DNA of 64,000 nucleotides, from contig CAZVIA010000005.1 of assembly GCA_964627525.1 (NCBI GenBank), positions 6,078 to 70,077 on the forward strand. Direction: 5' to 3'. The notes under the pieces were generated by a model. The model ran no database searches. It was not told where the DNA came from and was given only the letters and a program-made list of their open reading frames with translations. The translations under genes were made by a program, and so were the position numbers. Positions 9,939 through 19,506 of this stretch are shown in pieces. This DNA comes from an uncultured Gammaproteobacteria bacterium. GTDB lineage: Bacteria > Patescibacteriota > Patescibacteriia > Magasanikbacterales > JBBTQS01. Every line of letters starts with the position of its first letter. Positions within the stretch are counted from its first letter, which is position 1.

Positions 9939-11473
9939 AAAATCATTTGCGAAACAGCCAATGCTATTCCAATTGGAAACCACATCTTAGCATTATAATA
10001 AGATGTATTTAATAATTGATAACACATTGCACCAACTACCATTACTAACATTGCTGTCATAATTGCACGCTGACGTTTTGTTCTTGAAGATTTAAACGCA
10101 GCATAAATCATTGCCAACACTGCAACCAATAAACCTAACCAAGTTGCCAAACCAATAAAACCATTTTCCGCAATTACTTTTTGTAACATTCCATGCGCAT
10201 CCAAAGCATCTCCATATTCTAAAAAGTAAACTTTTGTTTCAGAAACAATTGGTATAAAACTTCCTGGACCATTTCCAAAAATAGGACTGCGCTTAAAATA
10301 CTCCCAAGAAATTCTAGTTAAATCAATTCGCGTATTTGTTGACCCAGCAACCATATGGCTTGTTGAAATTGCAGCCATGTACATTATTATTGGAATCATC
10401 AAAACCAACACTAGTCCAAAAATTTGTTTTGAATATTTTTTTACCCAAGAATTATAAATTTGTTTTTTATATAAATATGCAAAAACCAACAACTCAATCC
10501 CTAAAACCAACCAAGCTGTTCTAGCAAAAGTTAGTAAAGCAACTGCCCCGATCATTACAGTACTTATAAAATATAATTTACGTTTAATTGCGACACGTTC
10601 TTGATAAACCAAATACACACCAATTGGAACCATTACAACTAAAACTTCTGCCAACAAATTATGATTAAAACCTAATGGAGCAACACCTCCAATTGAAAAT
10701 GGAGTTGCACGATGCCACAACCCAGAAAATGGCCCAACCACAACCAAAGAAACCAATCCCATCAAACCAGATAATACACCTGCCACAAAAAAAGTTTTTA
10801 AAGTTTTTACAAAAATTTTTGCATCTTGAATTATGCTGTTTGGTAAAACAACAAACATTAAGTACATAAAAATAATTGGTCTTAGCAAGAATTTTAATCC
10901 ATGAAAAAACAATCTATAATCTGCTGCAAACACAGACAAAACATTTGCTAAAACAAATGCACCAAAAAACAAAATCAAAGGAAGTGCTTTTATTTTTGCA
11001 AATTCTTTTTTAGGCTCTTTCCCAAACTTAGGTTTTTTCCCAGATTCAATTTCTTTTTCAGATTCAGATTCTTTTTTTGGAAACAAAACTATTTTGCGCA
11101 AAACTAATGAGATCAATAAAACTATTGCAAACAAATCTACAAAAGGCGCATCCACAGAAGATAAATATCTTATTCCGCGAGACCAATCATAATTTGCAAA
11201 ATTTATAATCAATCCACTAAACGGAACAAAAAAAGCTAAGATTAATAATCCAATATCTAATCTATATGCAAAAAAAGCAATCGCTGCTGCTACTAAAAAT
11301 ATTATTAAAGGCAGCCACCCAGGCAACAATACAATTAGTAATACAACTGCAACCACACTCAATCCAAACAAAAATACATTGTGTCTATTTTCACCACCAA
11401 TGATTTTTATACTACTAAAATCCGCATACTTTTCTAGATGCGATTTAGATTTTTTAGAAAGCTCTACTTTCAT
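9875..11473 (-). CDS. O-antigen ligase/polymerase (Wzy_C family) membrane protein
   Basis: Multi-TM; LLTFARTAW, PIFGNGPGSF, DAHG..Q.IAENG.IGL motifs; lies in a glycosyltransferase cluster. Confidence 0.8.
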   Translation of the reverse strand: MKVELSKKSKSHLEKYADFSSIKIIGGENRHNVFLFGLSVVAVVLLIVLLPGWLPLIIFLVAAAIAFFAYRLDIGLLILAFFVPFSGLIINFANYDWSRGIRYLSSVDAPFVDLFAIVLLISLVLRKIVLFPKKESESEKEIESGKKPKFGKEPKKEFAKIKALPLILFFGAFVLANVLSVFAADYRLFFHGLKFLLRPIIFMYLMFVVLPNSIIQDAKIFVKTLKTFFVAGVLSGLMGLVSLVVVGPFSGLWHRATPFSIGGVAPLGFNHNLLAEVLVVMVPIGVYLVYQERVAIKRKLYFISTVMIGAVALLTFARTAWLVLGIELLVFAYLYKKQIYNSWVKKYSKQIFGLVLVLMIPIIMYMAAISTSHMVAGSTNTRIDLTRISWEYFKRSPIFGNGPGSFIPIVSETKVYFLEYGDALDAHGMLQKVIAENGFIGLATWLGLLVAVLAMIYAAFKSSRTKRQRAIMTAMLVMVVGAMCYQLLNTSYYNAKMWFPIGIALAVSQMILWENKKKYKSKKKIQSKAKSK

Positions 11474-11569
11474 AAATTCATTATATAAAAAAAATCAGCA
11501 GAGCACTAGGTGGGATAAGTGTCTGCTGATCAGAAAGTTTTGAAGATAGGATTTTAAGGTGGGGTTTTT

Positions 11570-11608
11570 GGGGCTTGGAATGACAGCAAAGCTGTCACCC
11601 CAAGCCCC
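11570..11608 (-). terminator. Strong hairpin downstream of Cys-rich lipoprotein gene
   Basis: GGGGCTTGGaaTGACAGC-aaa-GCTGTCAccCCAAGCCCC. Confidence 0.55.
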
Positions 11609-11628
11609 GGAGAGTTGAGTAACTAGAT

Positions 11629-13491
11629 CTAGTAACCAACCCAGAAGCGACCACTACAGCCGCTCGCGTTGTTATCCACCAAGGTGATGGACACCAACTG
11701 GTTGTCTACCCACACGACCCACTTCACTCCGGTCGAGTAACCGTCCGGGGAAGAATCGCACCAGTCCTTGTACGGCGTACCGTACTCAGTCTGATACTTC
11801 ACGTTGAAAAAGAACCATCCTCCATGCGGCAGCTTGAAGCCACCTTCTGGGGAAGTGAATGCTCCGCCATTGCCAGCATCCCAGGTGTACCACTCCTGCC
11901 AATCCCAGTGATAGTCACCAGGCGGCGGGTTGGTGCAACCAGTTGCAGACTTTCCGTCCAAGGTCAGGGTCCCGTTTTCACAGAACCAACCCTGGAGCCC
12001 AGCATGGCTCAAACCGAACGTGATGGGCCACTTGACCCAAACGTCCGCGAAATCGTCAATCTGCGGACCAACCACACATGTACCATCCTGACACACGAAC
12101 CCGTCCGAACAATCGTCGTCCGTGTTGCAGCAGAACGGCTTGGTGCTGAATTGGCAGAAACCAGTCATGACATTGCACATGTCCGTGGTACAGGGGTTGT
12201 TGTCCTCGCACACCTTGGAGGTGTAAAAGCACTGCCCGTTCACGCACGTGTCCACTGTACAAGCGTTGGCATCATTGCAGTTCATCAGATCACAAGGATC
12301 GTCCGAAACGCACTGACCCGTAGCCGAATCACAGGAGTAACCAGCACCGCAAACCTTGGGAGACTGATAGCAAGTACCATTTGCCGAGCACGAACCGATC
12401 GTGCAAGGATCTCCATCGTTGCAATGCGTGGGATTGTAGCACTCGCTGCAAAGCCCTTCCACGCAGTACGGTGTATTACCACCACACAACCCGCAAGAAC
12501 CACCACAACCATCAGTACCACACTCTTCTCCAGAACAGTTAGGGACGCAAGGCAGCGGCGAAGGAACAACACACTCGTTGTCCACGCACACCAACCCAGT
12601 GTCGCAATTGTAATCGTACAAGCAACACCCTAGCACCCCAGCGTAAGTGCACCCATTTACAGGGTTACACGTATCTGATGTACATGGGTTGTCATCATTG
12701 CAGTCAAGCCCACTTTCACCAGGTTGGCAAGCCATACCCTCGCAATGGTCACCCTCAGTGCATAGATCGTTATCAGTACACAAGGTTCCAGGCTCTGCTG
12801 CAACGTAACTGCAGCCATAGCCATTGACACAAGTATCCACAGTACAAACGTTGTTGTCAGCGCACGACTTCGGAGAGCCGCTTACGCACTGATCAGCGCT
12901 GCATGTGTCATTTTCGGTACAAGTATCTCCATCATCACATGCCTGACCATAACGCGGGACATTCTCACACAATCCATCGTCTTTGCAAACGTTGAATGTG
13001 CACTGATTTCCATCGTCACAATCAATGTGAAACTCGCACAGCGGATCCTGGCACGCGCCTTCAACGCAAACCATCTCGCCAACACAAGCACCACAAGAGC
13101 CACCGCAACTGTCTGTACCACATACCTTGTCCAGGCAATTCGGCATACAGCAAGTGTTTTCATAACACACCTCGCCGCCAGTACAGTCTGGGTTACTCTG
13201 GCACACGCCAACGGGTCCATCATCCGGAGTTCCCTCGTCAGGAGTGCCTTCATCTGGGCTACCCACATCCGGGTTTCCAGTGTCCAGCTTCCCAACCTCG
13301 GGTTGTCCAGTGTCCGGAGTTCCAACGTCCGGGGCACTCACGTCTGCTACCGGCTGAGGCATATCCTCTTCCGGCATATTCGGGGTGCACCCAGAGCAGG
13401 TAAAAATCGCACACACAACGGACACAAGCAGAGCTGTCAACAGAACTACCAACGTCCGCATGAACTTACGATCCCTTTGGGTAAAGATCAT
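11629..13491 (-). CDS. Cys-rich repeat putative lipoprotein (CxDxNxCTxDxC, Dictyostelium/myxobacterial-type repeats)
   Basis: Hydrophobic signal ending in CSGC; PDxGxPD linker repeats; many C-D-D-G/N-N-x-C-T-x-D-x-C units; GC-rich. Confidence 0.8.
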   Translation of the reverse strand: MIFTQRDRKFMRTLVVLLTALLVSVVCAIFTCSGCTPNMPEEDMPQPVADVSAPDVGTPDTGQPEVGKLDTGNPDVGSPDEGTPDEGTPDDGPVGVCQSNPDCTGGEVCYENTCCMPNCLDKVCGTDSCGGSCGACVGEMVCVEGACQDPLCEFHIDCDDGNQCTFNVCKDDGLCENVPRYGQACDDGDTCTENDTCSADQCVSGSPKSCADNNVCTVDTCVNGYGCSYVAAEPGTLCTDNDLCTEGDHCEGMACQPGESGLDCNDDNPCTSDTCNPVNGCTYAGVLGCCLYDYNCDTGLVCVDNECVVPSPLPCVPNCSGEECGTDGCGGSCGLCGGNTPYCVEGLCSECYNPTHCNDGDPCTIGSCSANGTCYQSPKVCGAGYSCDSATGQCVSDDPCDLMNCNDANACTVDTCVNGQCFYTSKVCEDNNPCTTDMCNVMTGFCQFSTKPFCCNTDDDCSDGFVCQDGTCVVGPQIDDFADVWVKWPITFGLSHAGLQGWFCENGTLTLDGKSATGCTNPPPGDYHWDWQEWYTWDAGNGGAFTSPEGGFKLPHGGWFFFNVKYQTEYGTPYKDWCDSSPDGYSTGVKWVVWVDNQLVSITLVDNNASGCSGRFWVGY

Positions 13492-13804
13492 AACAATCTC
13501 CCTGTTGGCCCCCTAGGGCCGGTAAAGCCCGTTAAGGCGTCGAATTCTGGTCTTCTTCAGTGGAACTGTGTTCCAAACGTCCGGCTCAAGAGCGTCACTA
13601 TTGAAGGAGGGCACAATAGCGAACCCGAACCGAACGATTACAACACAGTTCATCAAGCAATTTATGTGTTTTTTTACACAAATCCTGCTTGTTAAAGGAG
13701 AGGTTATACTAGCATAATTACATGTTTTTGTCAAGCTATTTTTGTATAAGCAAGTTTATTTACTTTTTTTTGTAAATTTACAACTTATTTAACCTCAAAA
13801 TTTC

Positions 13805-13894
13805 CCTAAAATTACAAAACCCATAGCAAAGTTAATTACTACGGGCTCTGTGTTGTTAAAAGCGCTTAAGTGGCGCTCCATTGAAACTAGAAGT
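13805..13894 (-). repeat. About 90-bp 3' module, copy 1
   Basis: CCTAAAATTACAAAACCC..AG.AAAGTTAATTACTACGGG..CTGTGTTGTT.A.AGCG...CGCTC...GAAACTAGAAGT is shared with 15245-15332. Confidence 0.85.
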
Positions 13895-14990
13895 TGATAA
13901 TGCCTCGGAGTTGCACTGGCACTACACCATGCCACTTTCCAAGACTGTCACGAATCCATTCGCCACCAACAGCGACCTTAGCTCCATACCTGACCAGCGA
14001 CTTTTCGTCACCGTTCAAATACGAAACACCAGCAAGAAAACCTGGACCTCGACCATCCCAAGACAACACACCCCCAGTCGAAGCCTGAGTAATTGTGCCC
14101 TCCAAGGTCAACTGAATGGCTGGGTGCACTGTGAAATCCACCCCAAAGGCAGCGCCCCAGAGATGACTGAAGTCTGCATCTTCATCAGACCCAGGCAAAT
14201 CCATTGGCTGACCAATGGCAGTGTTCAGCTCTGCATGCATTCCCAAAACCTCATTGCGGAGATTCCAGTTGTACCGCAGTGCCAACTCACCAACCAAGTG
14301 GGTGGGAAGTTCGTCGCTGTTCAAACCAGGCCTGAACCGCAAACCATATTCCAGAGACAATCCATTCCAACGATGGTTAGCCTTACCAGTAAGTCCGCCA
14401 CCACTATCACGCCCTTCTGGACCATGCACATCGTTCTCCAAACGAGAAATCCGCTGCCCTTGAAAAAGCAACGACTGGTCTTGCGATATATCTCTGGTAT
14501 CTTGGATTCCCTGCGCCTTGCAAGTACGCCAGTCCAGCTCCAAGTACAAGTACTGAAACTCGGAAACCTGCCTTGCTACTTGCGGCTCGTTACAAGAAAA
14601 CCTATGGAAATCTTGGTCAGCGGAAAACCGATCAGTGAAACTCATCTGTGCAGCTGCACACCTACGACGAGCAAGTACATACTGTGGGTTGTCCTGATAC
14701 ATACCAGGATTCACTGACACAGTAGCACGAACCTTCAAACAAGGATGACTTGCAACTACAGCGAAAAGCCGATCGAAAAGCATGGTCGCCTGTGCGCGCG
14801 GTTGCACCATACACTCAAGAGTACCATCAAACCAGTTCTCCATTGGCGCCAAATCCACACCAGAGTATGGACCTATGATTTGTTTCACTGGCTCAATCGG
14901 CAACTTGTCAACGTAAGGCGGTGGCACCTGAGCATTTGCAAGACCCGCCACAAACATGATCATCACGAAACATGCGAGTTGCTTTGACAT
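13887..14990 (-). CDS. Secreted protein, possible outer-membrane beta-barrel
   Basis: Signal peptide (MSKQLACF...ANA-Q); C-terminal half has alternating hydrophobic strands; terminal Phe (QLRGIINF). Confidence 0.55.
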   Translation of the reverse strand: MSKQLACFVMIMFVAGLANAQVPPPYVDKLPIEPVKQIIGPYSGVDLAPMENWFDGTLECMVQPRAQATMLFDRLFAVVASHPCLKVRATVSVNPGMYQDNPQYVLARRRCAAAQMSFTDRFSADQDFHRFSCNEPQVARQVSEFQYLYLELDWRTCKAQGIQDTRDISQDQSLLFQGQRISRLENDVHGPEGRDSGGGLTGKANHRWNGLSLEYGLRFRPGLNSDELPTHLVGELALRYNWNLRNEVLGMHAELNTAIGQPMDLPGSDEDADFSHLWGAAFGVDFTVHPAIQLTLEGTITQASTGGVLSWDGRGPGFLAGVSYLNGDEKSLVRYGAKVAVGGEWIRDSLGKWHGVVPVQLRGIINF

Positions 14991-15244
14991 CTTTTCTTTC
15001 CCCTTTGCCCAGCGGGCATTTTTAGCGCCCACTGAGCGCTTTTTCCGAACAATTGCTTATCTGCTAGTTAATCAACCAACAGATTGCAACAACTAAAGCC
15101 ATTAGCATTAATTGTTGCAACCTCTTAGCTAAAATTAGCCCAAAAATCAATCTTTTTTCTGAAGACTTAGATTAGCACAAATAAACTAATCTGTCAAGTA
15201 CTTAATACAATATATTTTTATAATCTAGAAAAACCTAATTTTTG

Positions 15245-15332
15245 CCTAAAATTACAAAACCCGCAGTAAAGTTAATTACTACGGGTCCTGTGTTGTTGAG
15301 AGCGTTTTCACGCTCTACTAGAAACTAGAAGT
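15245..15332 (-). repeat. About 90-bp 3' module, copy 2
   Basis: Near-identical to 13805-13894, including the final TTC TAG of the upstream gene. Confidence 0.85.
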
Positions 15333-16137
15333 ACCGACCAGACCGAGCCGAAGTACGCGACGGCGGCGGATTACGACGACCTTGCGGAGGTCGCGGTGCT
15401 GGTCGCACGATCCGACGGCGCATCGTATTGACACGACGCGGCGAGGAACCCATCACGAATCCAGCATCTGCGGCAGGCAACGAACTCGGACGATCTTCAC
15501 GACGACTACGAGTAGCACGAGGCACTGAACGATCCTCACGGCGAGCAAATCGCTGCAACACCTTACGCTCCTGAGGAGCATAGTAAGAAGTCGCGGGAGC
15601 TGCAGCACAAGGCTTCAACCAATTCAACCGATGCACTGCCTCCAAGCAATACTCCATCGCAGCCTCACGCTGGGAATGTTCGTGCTCAACTCGATCCACA
15701 GCGTTCCACTTCTCCTCCAGGACGTGACGCTGTAGAGTTAGGTCACCATTGGTGTTTCCAACAGACCTTTGCAGACCTTCCAACTCCAAGATGTTCAGAG
15801 CGGAAGCCAACTTATACCAGGTCCAGGAACCCTTCTTGGTCTCGAACAACTGGTCCACGGCATCTCGCAAAACGAGCTTGTCCGGAACCTTGTTTCCATT
15901 CAAGTCCAACTTGGGAACCTCATTCACATGATGACGTGCCGTAGCACTGCCACCAAGGGCACATTTCGTTACTGCCGAAATGGCATCACGAACCGGCTGC
16001 ATTCGACGCAACTCCGCGGCAACAGCTCGCTTTTCCTCAGCCAACTTGGCTGCCTGACCCCCCTTTCGGTTATGGGCCAATGCCGTCATCGGAATCGCGA
16101 ACAGAACGATGAGAATGAGTGCGATACTTCGCTTCAT
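15325..16137 (-). CDS. Secreted hypothetical protein with Arg/Pro-rich tail
   Basis: Signal peptide MKRSIALIL...ALA-H; SD GGAGGGAAGG; GC-rich. Confidence 0.7.
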   Translation of the reverse strand: MKRSIALILIVLFAIPMTALAHNRKGGQAAKLAEEKRAVAAELRRMQPVRDAISAVTKCALGGSATARHHVNEVPKLDLNGNKVPDKLVLRDAVDQLFETKKGSWTWYKLASALNILELEGLQRSVGNTNGDLTLQRHVLEEKWNAVDRVEHEHSQREAAMEYCLEAVHRLNWLKPCAAAPATSYYAPQERKVLQRFARREDRSVPRATRSRREDRPSSLPAADAGFVMGSSPRRVNTMRRRIVRPAPRPPQGRRNPPPSRTSARSGRYF

Positions 16138-16446
16138 CTTCCTTCCCTCCAAGGAGTTTTTAAACCCCTTTGCTGTGATTCTGAAAAGGGCATACGAGAA
16201 TCACCACGCGGTGACCACGACGGCACAACGGGTGATTCCCGTGCTGCCCCTTCCATGGCTAGTTTCCAAATGTGCCGTAATTAGGGCTTAATTTACGAGA
16301 AATTTAACCCTAATTACCACACACCCAGCAAGAAGATAACTTAGCACAAATCTTAAATTTTGTCAAGCCCTAAAATCACTTACTAAAAAAACAATAAAAA
16401 AAGGCACAAAAATTGCCTAAAATTAGATAAAATAATGAATTTTTAT

Positions 16447-17085
16447 TTAACCAAAATAAACCTGATCTTTAGAAAGTTTTTTCTCTTTTTTAAATAAAAC
16501 ACGAAGACTTGCCAAAATTAAACCAAACAAAAACCCAACAATAGCATTGGCAATTAAATTTGGTTTTACTGGAAAATTAGAAACAACTGCTTTTTCAACA
16601 GCTTTAAACTCAACTTGAGGACCAACATACTCAACCCCATTTTCAACCAAAGTATTAATTACTGCATCTGAAATAATTTCAGCTTGGCGCCCATCAACAC
16701 TATATGCAGTTACTCTTAACAAACCAGTTCCTGGACTAACTTGCGGATCAATGGTTTGTTTCCAATACTTACGACGTTTATTTTCATCTTTTGGAAAAAC
16801 TTTTGAAACAATTCTTAAATCACTTTCCAAAACCTGACTTAAAAAAGAACTTGTCTCAACAATCTGTGATAAGTTTTCCCCTACACGTTCTGCAGATTTA
16901 ATTACTGTGTATGGATCTACTCCAAAACCTTGACGTGGAATAATTAATAAACTTCCAGTTGCGCTGTACTTCAAAGGAAAAAGCAAACTCACAATTATTG
17001 CAATCACACCAACTACCACACCTATTCCAATTAAAAATTTTGTGCGCTTAAGTAATTGTAAAATGTATGAATTTTGTTCAGACAT
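16447..17085 (-). CDS. Wzz/CapA-like polysaccharide chain-length family protein
   Basis: Two terminal TMs; P.KYSA and PVKPN...N..G...G motifs. Confidence 0.7.
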   Translation of the reverse strand: MSEQNSYILQLLKRTKFLIGIGVVVGVIAIIVSLLFPLKYSATGSLLIIPRQGFGVDPYTVIKSAERVGENLSQIVETSSFLSQVLESDLRIVSKVFPKDENKRRKYWKQTIDPQVSPGTGLLRVTAYSVDGRQAEIISDAVINTLVENGVEYVGPQVEFKAVEKAVVSNFPVKPNLIANAIVGFLFGLILASLRVLFKKEKKLSKDQVYFG

Positions 17086-17108
17086 ATTTTCAAAAAGTTT
17101 TGCAAAAA

Positions 17109-18233
17109 TTATTCTGCGATCAAAGGTAAATCAATTGTAATTTCTTCATCTTCTCTTTCAACTTGCAACTGAACCGTTGTGCCAACTGGATATGAATACA
17201 ACAATGGAACTAGCGCTTGTTTTTCATCAATAGCAATTCCATTTACAGCTATGATACGATCGTCTTTTAGCAAAACAAAATCATCTGCAGCTGTGTAATG
17301 AATTTTCATTATTAATGCTCCTGCTTTAGCAACTTCTGTATCTGTGCTTTTTACTCCAGATAAATCAACGTAATCAAACGGCAAATCTGGACGCAAAATT
17401 CTTTGTGACACAAATAATTCTTCAAGCACCGGAGAAATAATTGTCGCAGCCACAAACTCAATATTATTATTTGCAGGATCAAGCTTACTTACAATACCTA
17501 AAACCTCTCCGTGTTTATTTAAAATTGGATGACCAATTTCAATTCCTTTATAACTTGGACTTGCTAAACCAAGTGCTTGATATTTTCCTGCGTCGCGAAC
17601 AACACAAGTTGCGTTTGCACAATTAAAATTACTCACTTCATTTATTATCATAGCACGAAGCGGCCCTTGCATGGTAGGTACTGCAGCAATTTCTGTTAAA
17701 ACAGAACTATCAAATCTTGCAAAAGCAAATGGAGTTAAAGAATCTGTTTCAACTTTTGCAAAAACAAGTGAGGTCGCCGGGTCTTGAATTATTTTTTCAA
17801 CTTTTGCAAACTCTCCGTTTGGCAAAGCTATCACTGCATTTATATTTTTCAAAACATCGCTTGTACTTACTACCCAACCATCATTTGTAATTGCCAAAGC
17901 AATTCCGCGCAAGTCACGATCATCTATATATAAACTTGATAAAAAAACTTTACTTGCAGCGCGTTTTGTATAAACCGGCAAAACACCTTGCAAAACATTT
18001 TTATCAATTGATTGAACAATTGATTTTGCATCTTCTGTAACAAAAACTGGCGTTGGTCTTTCAACAATAGTTATGTTTCCTTTTCCAATAAAACCTGCAA
18101 CTAAAGCACCAACAAAACCTGCGCCAATTAACACAACTACTACACCTAAAATTTGTGCTAATTTAAATGTTTTTTTCTTAATTTGTTCTTCTCTTTGTAA
18201 ATCTCTTGGTGGTAAATGCGGAGATAATCCCAT
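17109..18233 (-). CDS. HtrA-like trypsin-fold plus PDZ protein (catalytic residues degenerate)
   Basis: TM; ITNDGWVVS; DPATSLVFAKV; G.PILN..GEVLGI; C-terminal PDZ-like DRIIAVNG. Confidence 0.65.
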   Translation of the reverse strand: MGLSPHLPPRDLQREEQIKKKTFKLAQILGVVVVLIGAGFVGALVAGFIGKGNITIVERPTPVFVTEDAKSIVQSIDKNVLQGVLPVYTKRAASKVFLSSLYIDDRDLRGIALAITNDGWVVSTSDVLKNINAVIALPNGEFAKVEKIIQDPATSLVFAKVETDSLTPFAFARFDSSVLTEIAAVPTMQGPLRAMIINEVSNFNCANATCVVRDAGKYQALGLASPSYKGIEIGHPILNKHGEVLGIVSKLDPANNNIEFVAATIISPVLEELFVSQRILRPDLPFDYVDLSGVKSTDTEVAKAGALIMKIHYTAADDFVLLKDDRIIAVNGIAIDEKQALVPLLYSYPVGTTVQLQVEREDEEITIDLPLIAE

Positions 18234-18272
18234 ATTTTTTATTTTATTTTTGGAAACAAAACCTTAACATAT

Positions 18273-19010
18273 TTACAGCCATCGTGCAAGTATTAACACT
18301 AAAATAATTATCCCTGCCAAAATACCGTACAATTTATAATTTTTTACTGCATTTAAAATCATTAGAAAACCTATGTACAAAATTGTTCCAATCAATGCTG
18401 TGATCGCGTGACCAAATGGTAAAAACAACAACACCCAGCTGATTTCAATCATACTAATTAACAAAACCAAAGTGCTGGCAAGTTGATATGCTTTTCTTTT
18501 TTCTACAAAACACAACAAAGCATAAATTTGTGTTGCTGTGACTAATCCAACTAATATCAAAACCCAAATTAATTTTAATTGCACAAATACAACTAATCCA
18601 AAAACAGAAAACAAAGTTAAGAACATTGTGTATGCTTGTGTGACCCAAGATGTATTTAATAAAACTAATTGCGCACGTTTTGCTGGAACTAACATAAAAT
18701 GTAATCCATGATAATCGTGCAACAACAAAATAAATCCGCTTAAAAATATAACTATAAAATGCAAGGTTGCGCTTTCAACAAAATACAAGACACCAATTGT
18801 GCTTATCAAAAGCCAAATACTTTGTGTGAACAACAAAGGTCTTAAAGAACTTTTTCTGGCTTTTTTTGTATAAACCATCAGACCGCTTGTGTGGAAAATC
18901 AAAACCGTGATTCCAATAAAAATTGCAAGTTGCGGTAACACACGAACAAAAAGCAGCCCAGCTGCGCTAATGGCTGCAAGTAAAATTGCATTATGCAATT
19001 CCTTACTCAT
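18273..19010 (-). CDS. Hypothetical integral membrane protein
   Basis: About 8 TM segments. Confidence 0.65.
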   Translation of the reverse strand: MSKELHNAILLAAISAAGLLFVRVLPQLAIFIGITVLIFHTSGLMVYTKKARKSSLRPLLFTQSIWLLISTIGVLYFVESATLHFIVIFLSGFILLLHDYHGLHFMLVPAKRAQLVLLNTSWVTQAYTMFLTLFSVFGLVVFVQLKLIWVLILVGLVTATQIYALLCFVEKRKAYQLASTLVLLISMIEISWVLLFLPFGHAITALIGTILYIGFLMILNAVKNYKLYGILAGIIILVLILARWL

Positions 19011-19035
19011 AACTCATAAAAATTATTTATTCAAA

Positions 19036-19482
19036 CTATTTAAGCGCTTCTGTAATATCAAACACCTCTTCAGACAATTCGTCAAGTAGCACCTGTGTAT
19101 TATCAGTTAAATCAACTTCTAAAATCGCGACAATTTGTGCTGCATCTAAAACCAAACTCAAGTGAAGAGTTTGCATTATTGGCGGCACTGGAAATGAAAT
19201 TAAAGCTTGGTGCATTTCTTCTGCACTATTTTTCATTTTAATTTGATCTTCTGGTAATTTTAAATCTTCTATATTAACTTCATATTCTTGCACAAGAGAA
19301 CGCACATCTTTTACATATTTTTTTTCTACTACAGTTGGCTCATAATCTTGAATCACAGTTGGGTCTGCTGGTTTTATTTCTGCTCTATACACAAAAATAA
19401 TTAAAGCCAACAAAAGTGTAGTTGTAATTAAAACAATCCACAAAAAAACTGGAGTTGAAGGTTTATTTTTTAGAAAAAACAT
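19036..19482 (-). CDS. Hypothetical membrane-anchored protein
   Basis: Single N-terminal TM; co-oriented with neighbours. Confidence 0.6.
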   Translation of the reverse strand: MFFLKNKPSTPVFLWIVLITTTLLLALIIFVYRAEIKPADPTVIQDYEPTVVEKKYVKDVRSLVQEYEVNIEDLKLPEDQIKMKNSAEEMHQALISFPVPPIMQTLHLSLVLDAAQIVAILEVDLTDNTQVLLDELSEEVFDITEALK

Positions 19483-19506
19483 ATTGGGTTTTGTAAAAAA
19501 TTTTTC

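Noticed and set aside
11824-13695. Long alternate-frame ORFs (269, 222, 151, 135 aa) over the Cys-rich gene
   Set aside because: Shadow ORFs expected in GC-rich, stop-poor sequence; no motifs or SD
13881-14717. 278-aa ORF on +
   Set aside because: Antisense to a gene that has a signal peptide, SD, promoter and terminator
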